From Trichoplax sp. H2 (taxonomy: Eukaryota): 64,000 bases of DNA. The notes under the pieces were generated by a model. It was not told the origin of the DNA. It saw only the letters and a list, made by a program, of their open reading frames with translations, and made no database searches. The translations under genes were made by a program, and so were the position numbers. Shown one piece after another: positions 13,731-31,028 of this stretch. The stretch is taken from NCBI GenBank assembly GCA_003344405.1, contig NOWV01000011.1:496001-560000 (forward strand), written 5' to 3'. Numbering within the stretch: the stretch's first letter is position 1; each line of letters starts with the position of its first letter.

Positions 13731-14584
13731 CAAACAACCAATGGCAACAATGGAAACATGTTCTAACAATGGAAGCGTAGGAAAAAAACACGAATATGGC
13801 TCTTTAGTCTATTGTGTTTCCAAGAACAATCAAAGAACTTGATGTTTTCTTCAAGTTATTTTTACCCTTTATTGCAAGTATAGTAACCAAACTGGATGAC
13901 TAAACAATTATTCTTTTACACTGTACAGTAAGGTGAATAGTCAATGCTGGACTTCTTGGAAATGTCTGTCGATCTCCTAATGATGCAGTATAGACGCGTA
14001 GTACGTACGCTACTATACAATATGTCCATTGTAAACAAGGAAGCATAGTAGCAGTAGCATACCGTGGTATTCATAGTCCATCATGTCCATAGTTCAAAAA
14101 GGCTGTAGAGCACTGGGCTCTGGGGAATTCGTATAGTAGTCACTATTGTGCAGAAGAAGAACATTCGACTGTTTCCATAGTACAATCTACAGTATGAGGT
14201 GCTGTGATGTCTCTTAATAGAGATAAAAAAAAAATTCGACGAATGTGATCTGTACGGAACGTCCGTTCTGTATAGCATCGAATGGCAAGGTTATTCTTCC
14301 TGTTATTAAAGTACAGTATCCAGTACTGTATGTATCTCCATGCAGTTTTCATAGTCAATCAATTGGGTAGTCCATGACTGTGGATTAGACCCTACGAGTA
14401 TAGCAAAGGTTGTTTAAATCATTGCTTACCCCCTCTCAACTAAGATGTTCACCATTACACACCGATAATATTGAAAAATTTTGTCAATTGACATACTTTT
14501 AGTACTTGCGCAAGATGAATTGACGCAACGTCCAACAGATATTCTAAATTTGGCCATTTGTTTTTGACGGACTGAAATAGGTGC

Positions 14585-14835
14585 CACGTACAGTACTGTG
14601 ACATACTGTACTGTGTGACGTGCAGTACTGTACAGTACACTACAGTACGTCACTCGTATGGTCTACAGTGTGTACTGTACACAGTACACTGTACTCTAGG
14701 ACAGTTCACCAGACCAGTGTACTGTACTGTACACAGTATGTACTGTACATTGTACTGTACACTACAGTAAAAGCCTGGAGTACCTTACTCTACACTACAG
14801 TAGATGCTCATACGCGCCATACAGACAGTACAAAC
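14585..14835. repeat. (CAGTA)n/(TACTG)n array immediately upstream of TAF9
   Basis: Dense TACTG/CAGTA units about 60-310 bp before the TAF9 ATG. Confidence 0.88.
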
Positions 14836-14898
14836 ATTGAGACTTACTACGAGTTGGCGAGTACTGGCCAGGCATACTGAGCCATCGAGATTTCCAAT

Positions 14899-17655
14899 AT
14901 GGCGAATGCCAGCAACGAGTTTAATAGCAGCAGTAGCAGTAATACAAGTAAAAATTATCCCAAGGATGCTTTGGTGATAGCAACAATATTGAAAGAGATG
15001 GGGGTTCGGGATTACGAGCCGCGTGTTGTGAGTCAATTACTGGAATTGATATATCGTAAGTATGCAAGTAGATTACAAACGTATTTTCCAGTAGGTCAAT
15101 TACATTCCATATATGTTATGTTAATACTGCAACATGGAGTGCAGTAGCAGCCATTTGTGGCTCAATTCCTTTTCTCTTTGAGACTGTAACGAAATAATGT
15201 AGTTTTACTAGAAGACTATGATCTTCTGCATCTTTTCCTGGTCAACATGTTAGCGTATTTAGAGGAACTCGATAGTGTACGGTGTCGCCAATACGAAAGA
15301 CCGTAATGGACCAAAATTGTAAAAAAAATGACTTGTACAGTGCAGTTACAGTACAGCATTTGCTGGATTTCACTCGAAATATCATTAACGATGACATGAA
15401 AAGTGTACAGTGATTATAATAAGTATACTTACCTATTTCATATTTCTCTAAATTTTGTCCTCTAATGTCTAATAGGCTTGAATCATTAAAATTGTTGCTT
15501 TACCAATATACTTTATTCAACGACTTTGGATACTATGGTATTTGAGAATTGCATAGAATTTGCTGATTAAAATTTCGAGACACATGGCTAGAAAGATGCG
15601 ACTTCAAATTTTACGTCAAGTTATTTCTGCCTAGTTACAGTGTGTCACAATTTTAAAATAAAATGGATTAGCATTGGCGAACCGTAGCCATTTACCATGC
15701 TACATCCAAAATAGGAAAGAGTATAGATCATAGAATGTAAAGATTCATCTAAATTATTCATCAGCTATTGATTACTACATAAGCTCACGTACAAATACTC
15801 GTACATGTAAATCTACACTTTACGATATACTGTACTCGTAAACTTTTATCTACAGCAAGTGATTCCTTTATATGTATTGCGCAGTCTTAACGATGATACT
15901 GCAGTTATTAAGCTATTATGAGCATTCGAAATGAAATCTGTTAATTATTCTGCAGATTATTATAGTTAACTCCACTGCTGACTACCGGTGTTCTTGACAC
16001 AGTTAAAATATACTTATTTGCTGTCTATGGGCAATTTTTCAACATGACTATTTACTGCCAACGTTCTTGATAAAGTCAATGAAAAATTATGAATCTCCCA
16101 CCGAGGTGATAAATCAATGAAAGCTGGCTAAAGCACTCATTTATGATATTTATATAGAACTCACTGAAATTAAAAAGTAAAGTAAGTTAGTTTACATCCA
16201 ATTCTACCCTTGACGTGAGCTGATATGTTGCACGAGTATACCATAAAACCATTGCATCCCGTGTATCCAGCAGCACTCTACCTATCATCGGTGCATGTCA
16301 AGTGACCACGTAACTTTGTGCATATTCGTATCATACATATTTATACAAGCGTAGGTAAAATATAATATTAGTGACAACCTAATTATTATTATTCAAGGGT
16401 CCCTATTTCGATATGATTAGAAGATTGATTTTAATTTATGTAGTGACTGATATATATACGTTGTACAATGTAACTATCAAGATTACTCTTAAACTGTATT
16501 TTTAATTTTTAAAGCGATAATATGTATACTGTTAACTTATTCATTCGGATATACTAATCGATGTTACAAATATTGATAGGTTATGTAAGTGATATACTTG
16601 ATGATGCTGCCATTTATTCCAATCATGCTCAAAAGAAGCAGTTAGACGCTGATGATACGCGCTTGGCCATTAAGAATTTCATTGATCAATCATTTACATC
16701 TCCTCCACCACGTGATGTATGACCATAATTAAGTGAAGTCAAAATTAATGCTCTATCTTCGTATATCTTTATATTTCTTTTCCTATTGTAACAGTTTCTA
16801 GTTGGTATTGCACGTCAAAGGAATGATACTCCTTTACCGATAGTTCAGGTTAAAAATGGCTTAAGATTACCGCCTGAAAGATACTGCATGTCTTCCGCCA
16901 ATTACCACCTGAAGCCTTCTGCCCGAAAGGTAGCGCAGTGCACGTTGCTAGTGTACTGTATATATATGTTATCCTACAGTGTTTTGCAAGTTCGCTTTTA
17001 ACCTTTACTATACATTTTATCTTCTATCGCATTATATGAAAGTCTTCTAGTCGACATGGCCATAATCAAAATGCTGCGCCTTCTGGCTCTAAATTACATA
17101 ACACCAATCCTGTACCTACAAATGCGAACAGCGTCAATTCATCTAAAAGCTCAGCTGCCGCCACTGCTTCCAGTTCCAATAATCGTCCCAGCGGCCGCGT
17201 AGATAAGCATAGTAAGATAGTTTTGCGTCATTAAATCTTATTTTGAGAATTTAAGGAAATTTACTGTGTTATACAGTATTTGCAGCTAATCAGTTCCGTC
17301 ATGTCTAAGTTTCACGCATTAATGTTGCCTAATGTATGGATCTCATTACTTGAATATAGAAGACTCATCAAATGTGCCCGGATCAAAGCATCCGATCAAA
17401 ATGCCTTCTACCTACAATAGCATACCTAATATTGTTAGAGAGCAACCGTTATCTGTTACTCCTAATGCAGAATTGGCACCAACTATTAGCGATTCATCCT
17501 CTAAAACAAAAAATTCAGCTACAACAATTGCAAGTACTGAGCAAAATGGGTCTAGTTTAAAAAGAGGCTCTGAAGAAAACTCCAGTGAAAGTGCAACGGC
17601 CGATAATAAGCTAGCAGTTGGCCCACCTGCGAAAAGGAAAAAGGATGATGTCTAG
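14899..17655 (+). CDS. TAF9: TFIID subunit 9; 5 exons: 14899-15055, 16580-16716, 16795-16929, 17043-17211, 17360-17655
   Basis: Spliced translation gives [63 protein letters not shown]...[26 protein letters not shown]...[10 protein letters not shown], the TAF9 histone fold and following conserved block. GT-AG junctions; basic tail PPAKRKK. Confidence 0.92.
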
Positions 17656-18374
17656 CCTTCACGGTTTACATCTGCGTAAAACTTTTGGCCTTGTACATTA
17701 TTTAGTTGTTTTTGTACTATAGCTTACGGTGTACTCGTTAGTTTGCCGTATTGACGGTACTTGCTAAGATGTACTCTTATATAGCGGTACAAGTTCGATA
17801 ACCTGATTAGGTTAAACTATTCTGAAATTATATTTGTACATGAGACGGGCAACTGCTTTATACTGTTTTGCCAAAAATGTAACTCTAATAATGTTAAATT
17901 TAGGTTATCGTGATTTAAACGCTGTGAAGAGTTGATTTTTTGAGTATACTGTACAAACACAAATTCATGTTTTCGCTAGCTTACTAGTACTTACCTGCCT
18001 TTCCGAACATAAATAAATACGATAATGCGTCATGATTCGGTATAGATGAACAAGCGCGTACTTTGGAAATCTTATTACCGCAATGTTTATAGAATTTTAC
18101 CTGCATACTACAGATACTGGTTACCGACTATTATTGATTAAATTACAATTATTTATGTTCAACTGCCGTGGAATAACAACTAATAAGTTGGAAATATTTT
18201 CGATTTATGCGTAAACCCAGAATCAGAATTTTAAAATAGGTTATATCTCTTATTTAGTAATTTTATGGCAGCACGGCATATATTGGTTGATATTTTTATT
18301 GTAATGAAGTAATAGCTCAATATTTTAGTTCCAAATCAGATTAGAATGGCTTATTATAAAATCTAGGTCCATTG

Positions 18375-21300
18375 TTAGTTTTGTTGCATGTCATTAATGG
18401 CTTTTAAAAGTTCTGACGTTTTACTGAGGTTATTGTCGATCAGATCGTTGATACACTCCATTTGAAATTTCTCGGTATTCACATAATTCAAGTCTTTCAC
18501 TGTTGCAAGATTTTCAGTTATGTTTGCCGACCATGGTTGCCATATTGATAGTGAAGCTAATATGCTGTAAAGGAAAACACACATTCTCGACTGTGTACAT
18601 TCGTACAGTATTGTTTGGATACTAGATTTGCAAAAAATCAGCTGTAAATTTGGGATTAGTTTCTATACTTGGACTATTTTTACATTAAGAGCTCAAAAAT
18701 TGATAGGATACCATTGAATCGTTTCAATTCTTGCTGCTTTTGCATTATAGCACTGTAAAGTTGATCGAATAGCGAAAATGGTAAATAAGTGGAGTTTCGT
18801 AGTTACGACTATTTCAATGAACAAAGTGTACTGCGTTACAGAAATGGTAAGAAGAATGACCTGTGAACATTGTTGTCCCATATTGTATTGTTATAGAACC
18901 TGCTACATCTTTCCTTGCTATTAGAAAATGCCCACTTACACCAGTTGCTTGCATGTTTGGCATACCTAGCAAATGATTACATCCCTTTTAAATTGTAATG
19001 AAGTAAGCGCAGTATCAGCTAAAGAATGAACTAAAGTCTGATACTAAAATTAAAAAATGATAGCTGTTAAATAAATGTCGCGCGATCGAGTTTACCTATA
19101 ATAATTGTAATGTGCTTCGGTCTCTGCAGGAATAAGTGTAACATTTCCATTTGGAAGTATCAATTCATACTGCGGAGAAATTATATTTTCTTTCAGCAAG
19201 TAGCGTCCGTTGAGCATGATCCCATCGTTAAAGTGAATATGTATTCGTCCTGTACTATACGCAATAAATCTGCCCAATTCGGTGATTGTGATATCTTCTT
19301 TCATAGGCTGCGTTTTTCGTAGTAATGCATTCGCAGAATTGGATTTCTTCTATGTAATATTACATTTCATTAGGAAATAAATTTAAACACTATAGTGCTA
19401 CATTCAATTAAAAGCTTAATCCTTCTTACTAAGGTCGGTTTTGCGTCAGGATATTTATCCGGAGTATAAGATACAGTGACTTTTTGCCTTAGCGTTGAAG
19501 GCAAGCGCTTAATTTGAAAGAAGAACTTTAGGGACTGGAAAATAATTCTTTTCAACTCTGCTTGTGCACTTAACAAGTCATTCCAGAGCTGCAGTTTATA
19601 CTGCGTCGAATAAGTCAACTGTTGGAGCTTTCGAATTTGGGCAAAAATTTTAACAATTTAAGATGCTGCATTTTGATAACATCTCATCAAAGATGTGTAT
19701 TACTTCATTAGCTTACCAAAATATATTATATGAAGTATCACACGTAAATGTACGCAGTGGCGTTAGTCTACCTGTTTTAAGGAAGTGTCATATGAATAGA
19801 AATCAAAATAATTGGCAAATTCTCCTCTAGAAACCAAATAAGCTCCATTTGGCAGTAAAACTTCTACTCGAAGGTGGTCATAAAAAAATCTGCAGTCACA
19901 GACATAGATATAGAATAATATATTAGCATGTAGTAGACTCTGTCTATACTTGTAGTTTTACACATTAAGATAGTCATTTTCTAAATGATTATAATAGATT
20001 TAATTTTATTTATTTTATTATATATAATTATAGATGTGTAGGTAATTTTCAATACCAGTTTGGATCTAGTAGAAGATTCGTACGTATACTGATCGTTATA
20101 CGAACGAAATTTTCTACTAGATGCAAAATTAAATTAATTATAATCGTTATAATTACCGGTAGTGGCAGTTGTTCGCAATAATAATACTTATTAGCTTGTT
20201 ATCTGTTAAATTTTGTGTTGGTGGCTCCGAATCCCTATTGAATATAGGGAATGGTACGTGTACCAACAAATCATCGTTATCGCTGGCGCATTCATCAGGT
20301 GTCTTTTCGTCATTATCTGTATCTTCCTTTCGATTCGCTATTAAAAAATAATGAAATTGAGATTGTGAACTGTCGAAGGTTATCTGATGAAAGTTATGTA
20401 ATTTGAATGGTATCGCGTAATCTATTTACCGCTACCGATAACGTCTAGAGCTAAGTGCATGGGATGTCGCCAACATTCTAAAGCGGAACGAATACTATAT
20501 TGTTGAACTATTTCGGAGTATTCTTCGTCTCCATTTGAATCGATACATTTAGCAATAAATTTCACGGTAAAGCTTTGCTGGTGATTTTCCAGAATTAATG
20601 TGGCTGCATTGTTGAGAGCAGTGACAGTTACTGAACCATTTGAGTTTCTTTTCACATGTGGATGTCCGGAAGCTTTGGGCCAGATTGCAATAGGTGAGTA
20701 CCGGTTTTTGATCTAAATACGCGTATACAGTATATCAATATCGGGATAATTCATGCAGTTGTGCGTGAGTACGACTGTACGAGTGCAGTAGTTGTTAGTT
20801 GTAACATAGATTCCGTAAGATAATTGATTTAGAAATGGATTTACATACCGTTATCTATGACGTTTTACATATTTTTAATAGATAACTGTATAGTTTTATT
20901 AGTTTTATAATATTATTATCTATAAACTGATAATTATATAATTCATGTTGAAATCGATTTACTATAAATTGACTGACTTTTTCAATAAAGTTTGGGTTCA
21001 GTTATGTCTAAGGGAGATTAGTGTTGTGCTACTGTTCCTCCAAGCGATAGGAGATCGTCAGTATTTAAGGTCGTACTGTACAGTAGGTTAATGTCAGGGA
21101 GGACAAACCTGACAATAGACTTATAGTGTGGAGTTTCTATAATAGTTTAACATTTTCCTCATTACAAATTTCGATTTGTACCACTGTTAATAACTTTCAC
21201 AGCAGTCTATATCAGTACGTGTACTTCCAACACTAATTACTTTAAAGTAAGATTGATATTGGTATGTGTACGGTTTAGACTTTAGTAATATAATCTCTGA

Positions 21301-21756
21301 TAATATGAAAGGTCCTACTTCTGTGCATATATAATACTATCCAAATGAATGTTGCGTAGTTTTGCATTTGCTATTAACAAGTGTTTGTATTTATACGGCA
21401 CAATGGTAGCAGTATACGTGCAGTAATACTTTAAGGTAGTCAAGCTTTCTCACCTCTTTATGTTCTGGATTAGATATCCCACAGCACGGATATAAAGTAT
21501 ATAGATTTCTTGTTTTTATCATGTAGTGAATTTTTTTCTGATTTCGAGATGTTGCAAAACGTGTCATTTGTTTAATCGCTTTATTGTTGGAAAATGGCAT
21601 AGAATGATTTAGTATCGTTGTATAGTTTCCACATTTTGAGAGTGTCATTGCTAATCCGTCACAAAATCTAGCTTCCACCATGCCGTTGCAATAGACGATC
21701 GTCTGCCAAGGATAATCATCTTTGGCGTTGATATCATGACTATCCTGATAAGACAT
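18375..21756 (-). CDS. C5orf34: C5orf34-like uncharacterised protein, multi-exon; internal exon boundaries only partly resolved
   Basis: Exon peptides IVYCNGMVEARFCDGLAMTLSKCG...KQMTRF...KTRN, VTVTALNNAATLILENHQQSFTVKF...ECWRHPMHLAL and GRFIAYSTGRIHIHFNDGIML resemble, in the same order, blocks of vertebrate C5orf34 as I recall them. The exons have GT-AG flanks. Confidence 0.7.
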
Positions 21757-22319
21757 TTGGATACCTTGAATGCTATACGCATATATATAGATGTACTCGT
21801 ATTTGTATTAATAAGTTAGTGTCTATGTTTACGAATTAACGTCCAGTAACAATTAATTAATTAATAAATGATAAAATGTAGTTTCCTTCATAAGGGCTAC
21901 TAGAGTAGTCCTTGGTGTTGAAGATGAAACCAACTGACTAGAGCCAACTATAGTAATGGCAAGATGATAGATGGATCTAAACGAATCATTATTGGAAATT
22001 AGAAAGATAAAATAAGTATTTACAGTACAATTATTGCAAACATCAATTTGTTATTATTGACCCCTGACCAGTACATTGGCCTACAGTACAGTATATCTAG
22101 CGCATTCCAATCAGTTCATCAAGACTATACTATGCAACTGTATACGCTGTAAATCAAAGTATTCGATCGTTGAAAGAATCCACACTTTATACTTTGGCCG
22201 ATGGCTCTTTTAACCTCGAAATTAGGGAGATGTTGGAGCAGTTTGCAATGGATGCCAACATTTACTCATTGACTGGTCGTTAGAAATATTTTTAAACCTT
22301 GAGCTAGTTACCGCGCTTT

Positions 22320-23300
22320 CAGTCCAGTACGGGCTACTTGTACCGTACACTATGTACTGTACAGTACTGTATGTGTTAGTACAGTACAGTACAGTACATT
22401 GTACCATATTTGGTACAGTATCTTGTACTGTAATAAGTCCACTGTGTTGCTTAAGGTTTTCTAATGGAGTCTACAGTACGTCGAGTACTGTAGAGTACAT
22501 CATAACAGTCACGGTGGCATGACATCATTTTTGCTCTTAATGGGCTCAGGCAGTACTGTGTCACTCCATAACGCAAGTCAGAGTTCAAGGAGTGACTCGT
22601 TGGTACAAATCACTTTACCACCGACAGACGACAGCACACCGTGTACTGTACAGTCCGTACAGTACAGTGCACGTGTGACGTGTCATGCTGCACCCTGTGG
22701 CTTACTGTAGTGTGTCTATTTGAAGGTGCGCATTCCTTCACGCTGTCGTTTACAGTGTACAGGACTGTCAGTTCTCTTGAATAAATTCGAGGCAAAATAA
22801 ATTGCAGTAAAGCTGTAAAATTGGCCTAAAATTTGATATAGACAGATCGATGAAGGAACGATCTATCCACTTTTAAAACTGTAATGCAGTAAATATCGTC
22901 CTGATTTGAAATATACAGTACGTTAGCCTGGTTTTACAGTTGACGCTTTTAGAAGCAATCGGTTAGTACAGACGTACAGTACAGTAAAAATAACATCTGA
23001 CGTCATGGGCAGATCGGACGTTAGGGCTGGTGAGTTGTAGTCAAGTCACTCCGGTGTGCTGTTTTGGCAGAGTACTGTACAGTACATTCCACTAGAGTAC
23101 AGTACCATGACTACAGTCTACAGTATAGCACAGTACTGTACGATACATCTGTCCATCTGTAGTCCCAGTCATGTCCTGGATTTTTTCCCGTACTAAAACC
23201 ACTCTACAGTACCATGAACTGTGCTAGAAAAATACAGTACAGTACTACACTGGATTAGGCTTTCCTTCTACTGCACAGTATCGTAGCACAGTACTGTGGT
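22320..23300. promoter_or_regulatory. Probable divergent promoter region of the C5orf34-like gene and Rab6, CAGTA/TACTG-rich, with a CRE palindrome TGACGTCA at 22998-23005
   Basis: Lies between head-to-head genes; pentamer clusters at about 22340-22430, 22640-22670 and 22960-23300; locally higher GC. Confidence 0.6.
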
Positions 23301-23372
23301 TCGATTAGTGGTCTTAAGCCAGTGCCAACTGATCGAATCCCTCACCAGTTTGAAACAACTATCACTCATTAA

Positions 23373-26354
<2,982 letters not shown>

Positions 26355-27401
26355 TCGGACTTGAAAAATCATGAATTGATCCAACGAAACTACAAGTTTA
26401 CTATAAGCGGTATTTAACTACAGCAGTTTTGATATTGCATCTTGGTATTAAGAATTCGCAACACGTTGTTCTAGTACAGTATTAGTATCGATTGTTTGGC
26501 AATCATCGATAATTAATTTGTGAAGACTTTATTTCAGAATAACGTGAAACTTATTATATGATTTATATCCTTCAGTTCGTATTTGACAAAGTTAGCCGAT
26601 TGCCAGTGGATTGGATAACAGTCTGTAATACGTACTATAATAACATGCTAAATATTGTGATAGAATAGATTAATGCTTCGGTATTTTACTCGAGGTTAAT
26701 GGTATTTTTCATTGCTGTTGTAATATAACCTTTAAGATGTAATGCCTAGTGTAGTGATGCAACTCTACTTACTAACTTACAGTGAATACAAAATGAGACG
26801 ATGTTATTATTATGGATATAATTTAAACCTCTTTGGGCGATCGATAGTACTGTTGGTTAACTAGTCCTCAATTACCATTACCATTAAAAAACTAGATTTC
26901 TATACGAGAAAAGTACAAAAATTTTGTTTTTGGCGGCTGTACCTTATATTATAACTGGTACTGCCGTATAGTACATTTTAAAGTACTGTACACATAAAAT
27001 GCAGCGTTGCCTGTTATAGATCGAATGTAAATTGCATGTCTTGTCCAATAAATTATCCCGTTGTTGGAGCATTTTAAATCTTGGATATAATTTGTTGCTC
27101 AATTGAACTAACATCTGTAAACAGCTACTTCACTTCAGTGTTATAAAGTTTTCATACGGAAATTGAAAAATAGTACAATAAATTCTAAAAAAATGTACCG
27201 TAGATTTTCATAACTTAAATGTAAAATTAATTAATCCGGTAACATTTACGAATATGGATTAAACTATAAATTGTGGAGCTGATCCATAAATATTGATTGT
27301 AATGAATAGCAGCTTCAACGAGCAAAATTGCAGACTGTAGATTAGGTTCCTTATTCATAAAGTGATCGTTCTTTTATTTACTGATACGGATATTCCACCA
27401 G

Positions 27402-30400
27402 TCATTCTCCAGCGCAAACTTGTTGCATGATATGACTACATAATTTCATCATTTGTAAATATTCGTCAGCACCGTCCATTAAGCATTTATCAATTTCCTA
27501 TTGTTCCGAAATACACGTACGATATTATAACTGCAGTTGTTGTATCAATTTCTGCATCATTTCGAAGATATCAGTAAAAGATCTAGTATACGTAAAACGA
27601 TTTTACTTTACTGCACGAGCATTACTTACCGCCATCATCTGAGCTAAAAATGACTTTTTCTTATCAGACAGTTCATCTGCGTCAACGATTTTGTCATGGA
27701 GCTTCGAATTGTAAAATAGTAAACTCATTAGTAAGTGCTACTTTAATGAAATTGAGTTTAACTTTCCGCGAGCTGTTTGCAAAATAAGATATTAATAACT
27801 TACTTGAGATAGTAGTTGATATGCGGAGTAACTATCAGCAATTATATTCTGACACGAGAACATGAAAAATAGCGAGATTTAACAACTTTTAATGCTGCTG
27901 TGAATATCGAGCATTAGAAGCCATTTCATACTTGGTAAGAAAGGTTTCAAGAATAGTTTACTACAGTATATTAAATCAAATTGTCCTTAATGTAAAGAAA
28001 GATACTTTTAAGCTTGTTTTATCGAAAGCTGTATAAAAGCTGTTATTCTACGTTCTTAAGTAAAATACAAGTTGTTGACCGAGGTTCGAAAGTTTTCATC
28101 TTGGTGTACCTGTATTATTTTATCCAACTTTTCGTAAGAATTCAGGCGGCAAGTTTCGAGAATAGAGTCGATTAGTGCATCAGGTATAACCTAATATGGT
28201 AAAATCAGAATATTTTAAATTGGTCTTCCTTTGTATTACTGACGTAGCACTAGCTATCGAGAAGTACAGTCCAGTTACCCCAGCGCTTTCGATTATTCTC
28301 TCAGAAGTAATACGCTTATCGTTATACAATCGTGATACACTTTGTATATAGGTAATAGCCTACGATGAAAGCAACAACAGGCAGAGATAAAACCTATCAA
28401 GTAATTGGTTAGGTACTATAATTTTTTATATTTTAGGAAGTCTCGAATATCTGCTATGGGAGTCTATAAAATGTTTTATTCCTACCTTTCTCATGTCACC
28501 TTCTGATATAGATATTATGTTCCGTAAGGCCTACAACGACAGATGGGTACATTTTATATATGTGTTTTAGCTATTTGGAATATTTCTTCAACTATCCTTC
28601 ATAATAATAAACAAGTAGTATTGTAACAGCACCTACTATGCTAAATAACACATCGGAATACTATCTTACATCAACTATTAGTATTATGGTTTACTTACTT
28701 GTTTATCACAGTCTAGGTTTTCTTTTTCGGAAATTGCACTTAAGTGGTGTAATAATATATTTTCCGGTAGTGGCTTGAAGCGAAATTTGGAACAGCGAGA
28801 AGTCAAAGGCTCTATAATTCTATAAAAGCGAAGCCAATTTTTTATCAATCTCAAATGACTATCGTCAGAATGCTATTTTGTGCACTGTATCCGTAGATCT
28901 TATGTAAAGTATAGTAGTCAGTTGCAATTGGCAGCTAGTGTGCGTTAATAACTGAACAACCTATCTCATGCCATTTGATGTAGCTTACCTACTAACATAG
29001 TTACATATTAAACAAAATCTAGTAGTTTTCGAATACTTTTCCATTGTTCGCCGAAGTGCAGCCTATGTAGTAGTGAGTAATGTAATGCATAGATAAGGTA
29101 ATAAGCAAGAAATTGAAAGCTATAAATGCAATATACTGTATATGTTTGTGTACCTGTGCAGCATGGGTCATGGAATCGGCTTCATCTAATATTATTATTT
29201 TAAAGGGAGGGCAAGGTGTACCACTGCATTAACAAATTAAATAGTAATGCCGATAAATTTTTGTAGTCATTACAAATTGATTTCAAATACAAGCATTGCA
29301 ACAAACAACTGATTAAATTGATGTAGAATGCTATATATATTATACTGGTATGAACAATTAAACCATAGAATGGTATATCGTTGGGTCACAATTGACCGAG
29401 CAAAGCAATGACTTACTCAGGCCGTTGATTGGCAACCGATAGCTGTGCAAATGTCTTTATTTTCTCACGAATGACCTTTCATTATTATACGAAAACATCA
29501 AAGATTACATAGACTAAGTATTCTTCGTGAATACGAACGCAGATTTAACCTTTAATGTAATGCCCACTACATGTACAGACGGATATACGAAAGAGCGTCT
29601 ACTTTAAATACTTGTACTGTATTGACTGTGTGGGTAATGTTCTCAAAATACAAGTATACTTTCTGCACGCATTAAATTTTACTATATTCAAAGTATAACA
29701 AACAAGGGTTCGATTACTAAGTAAGTATTGTAACTATTGGTAGTACTGTACAGTAGTGCATCATAACTAGTTATTGCGTATTCAATCAATTAATTCGCAA
29801 CAAGATGCTAGATATGAGGACGTATAATTTTAATTATAACTATATGCTTTACCTGGATGCCACGATCATCGGATGCATTTAATTCCAGGACTCTCGATCT
29901 ATAAATATCCGATCTAATCGGAATAAATCAGGACGCTTTAAAAAGAGTTTCAGCAATAGCAAAGAAAACAGTTGCTACACTGTGCCTTTTACCCTTTCGC
30001 AAATAACACGTTGGATATCTCGTAGTATTTTAGATAATAATCTTACAATAAAGTATTATTTTACATATTTTTGAAACTTCTACTGTACGTATGTGTTAAA
30101 AGAGTTACTTTGTCCAAGCGCTACGTTAAATTTATCGTGAAAGACAAGGAGGAATTGATTACAGTTTCTTAAGTACTGAGGAGTACCGTTACTACAGTAG
30201 TACTTGTGGTACTACGTACAGTAGAATGGCATTGCTTGCATGCACTTACGCGTCTATAGCATAGCAGTCATGCATATATGGGCAACGTTATATGAATATA
30301 AATGATAAAAGTAATAGCTGCACAAATCGGATATAATCTATTTTCTATTGCTGTAGTTCTGAGTAAAAAAAGGCATACTGTATGCTTTTACAAGACGTAT

Positions 30401-31028
30401 CGTCTTGTAATGGCAAGTAGATGTAGAGAGTGCAAGGAAAGTACAAAACTGTAGAGCTACACTATAGCAGAAACAAATATTGAACAGTATACAGTACGTT
30501 ATGTAATATATAATTTTACAAAATTCTCTGCATAGTGGTTATAAAGTACTGTCTATTCAATGCGTGCAATCAAGGTGTACCCGTAGAGATGTCTTGCTGC
30601 AGCTAAAATAGTAGAAGTTTTGCCAGTGCCTGGAGGACCATAGAACAAGAAATTGGGTAGCTGCAAGTAGAATATCCGTATGAATACATTTAAAAATTAC
30701 CCTTTGATTACAAGACGTTGCATTTCAATTTGTCCTATTGACATATGAACTGTACAGTGTAGAATCATGACATCATGCAGGTAAGTGGACCTACATCTGC
30801 ACCTTGCAGGCATTTCCTCAAGACGGATACCACTTCATCTTGATGTGCAACATCATCGATCGATCTTGGCCGGCTATCATAACCAAAATGGAGTCAAAAA
30901 ATGGAATACCAAGTATAATAACATTGTAGTAAAGTATGTTTTTATACGTACTATTTTTCAACCCATGGGACGCTGACATTACTAGAGGATTTTCGTTCAC
31001 CATCGGTTGGCATTATTTCCGAGCTCAT
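27402..31028 (-). CDS. RFC4: Replication factor C subunit 4; about 14 exons (first 31028-30952, last ends at TGA 27404-27402)
   Basis: [21 protein letters not shown], Walker [25 protein letters not shown], Walker [34 protein letters not shown] motif ([14 protein letters not shown]), SEGDMRKAI, C-terminal DGADEYLQ. Confidence 0.95.

Noticed and set aside
15056-16579. AK6/CINAP coding exons sharing the TAF9 locus, as in mammals
   Set aside because: No adenylate-kinase P-loop exon found in the TAF9 introns or flanks.
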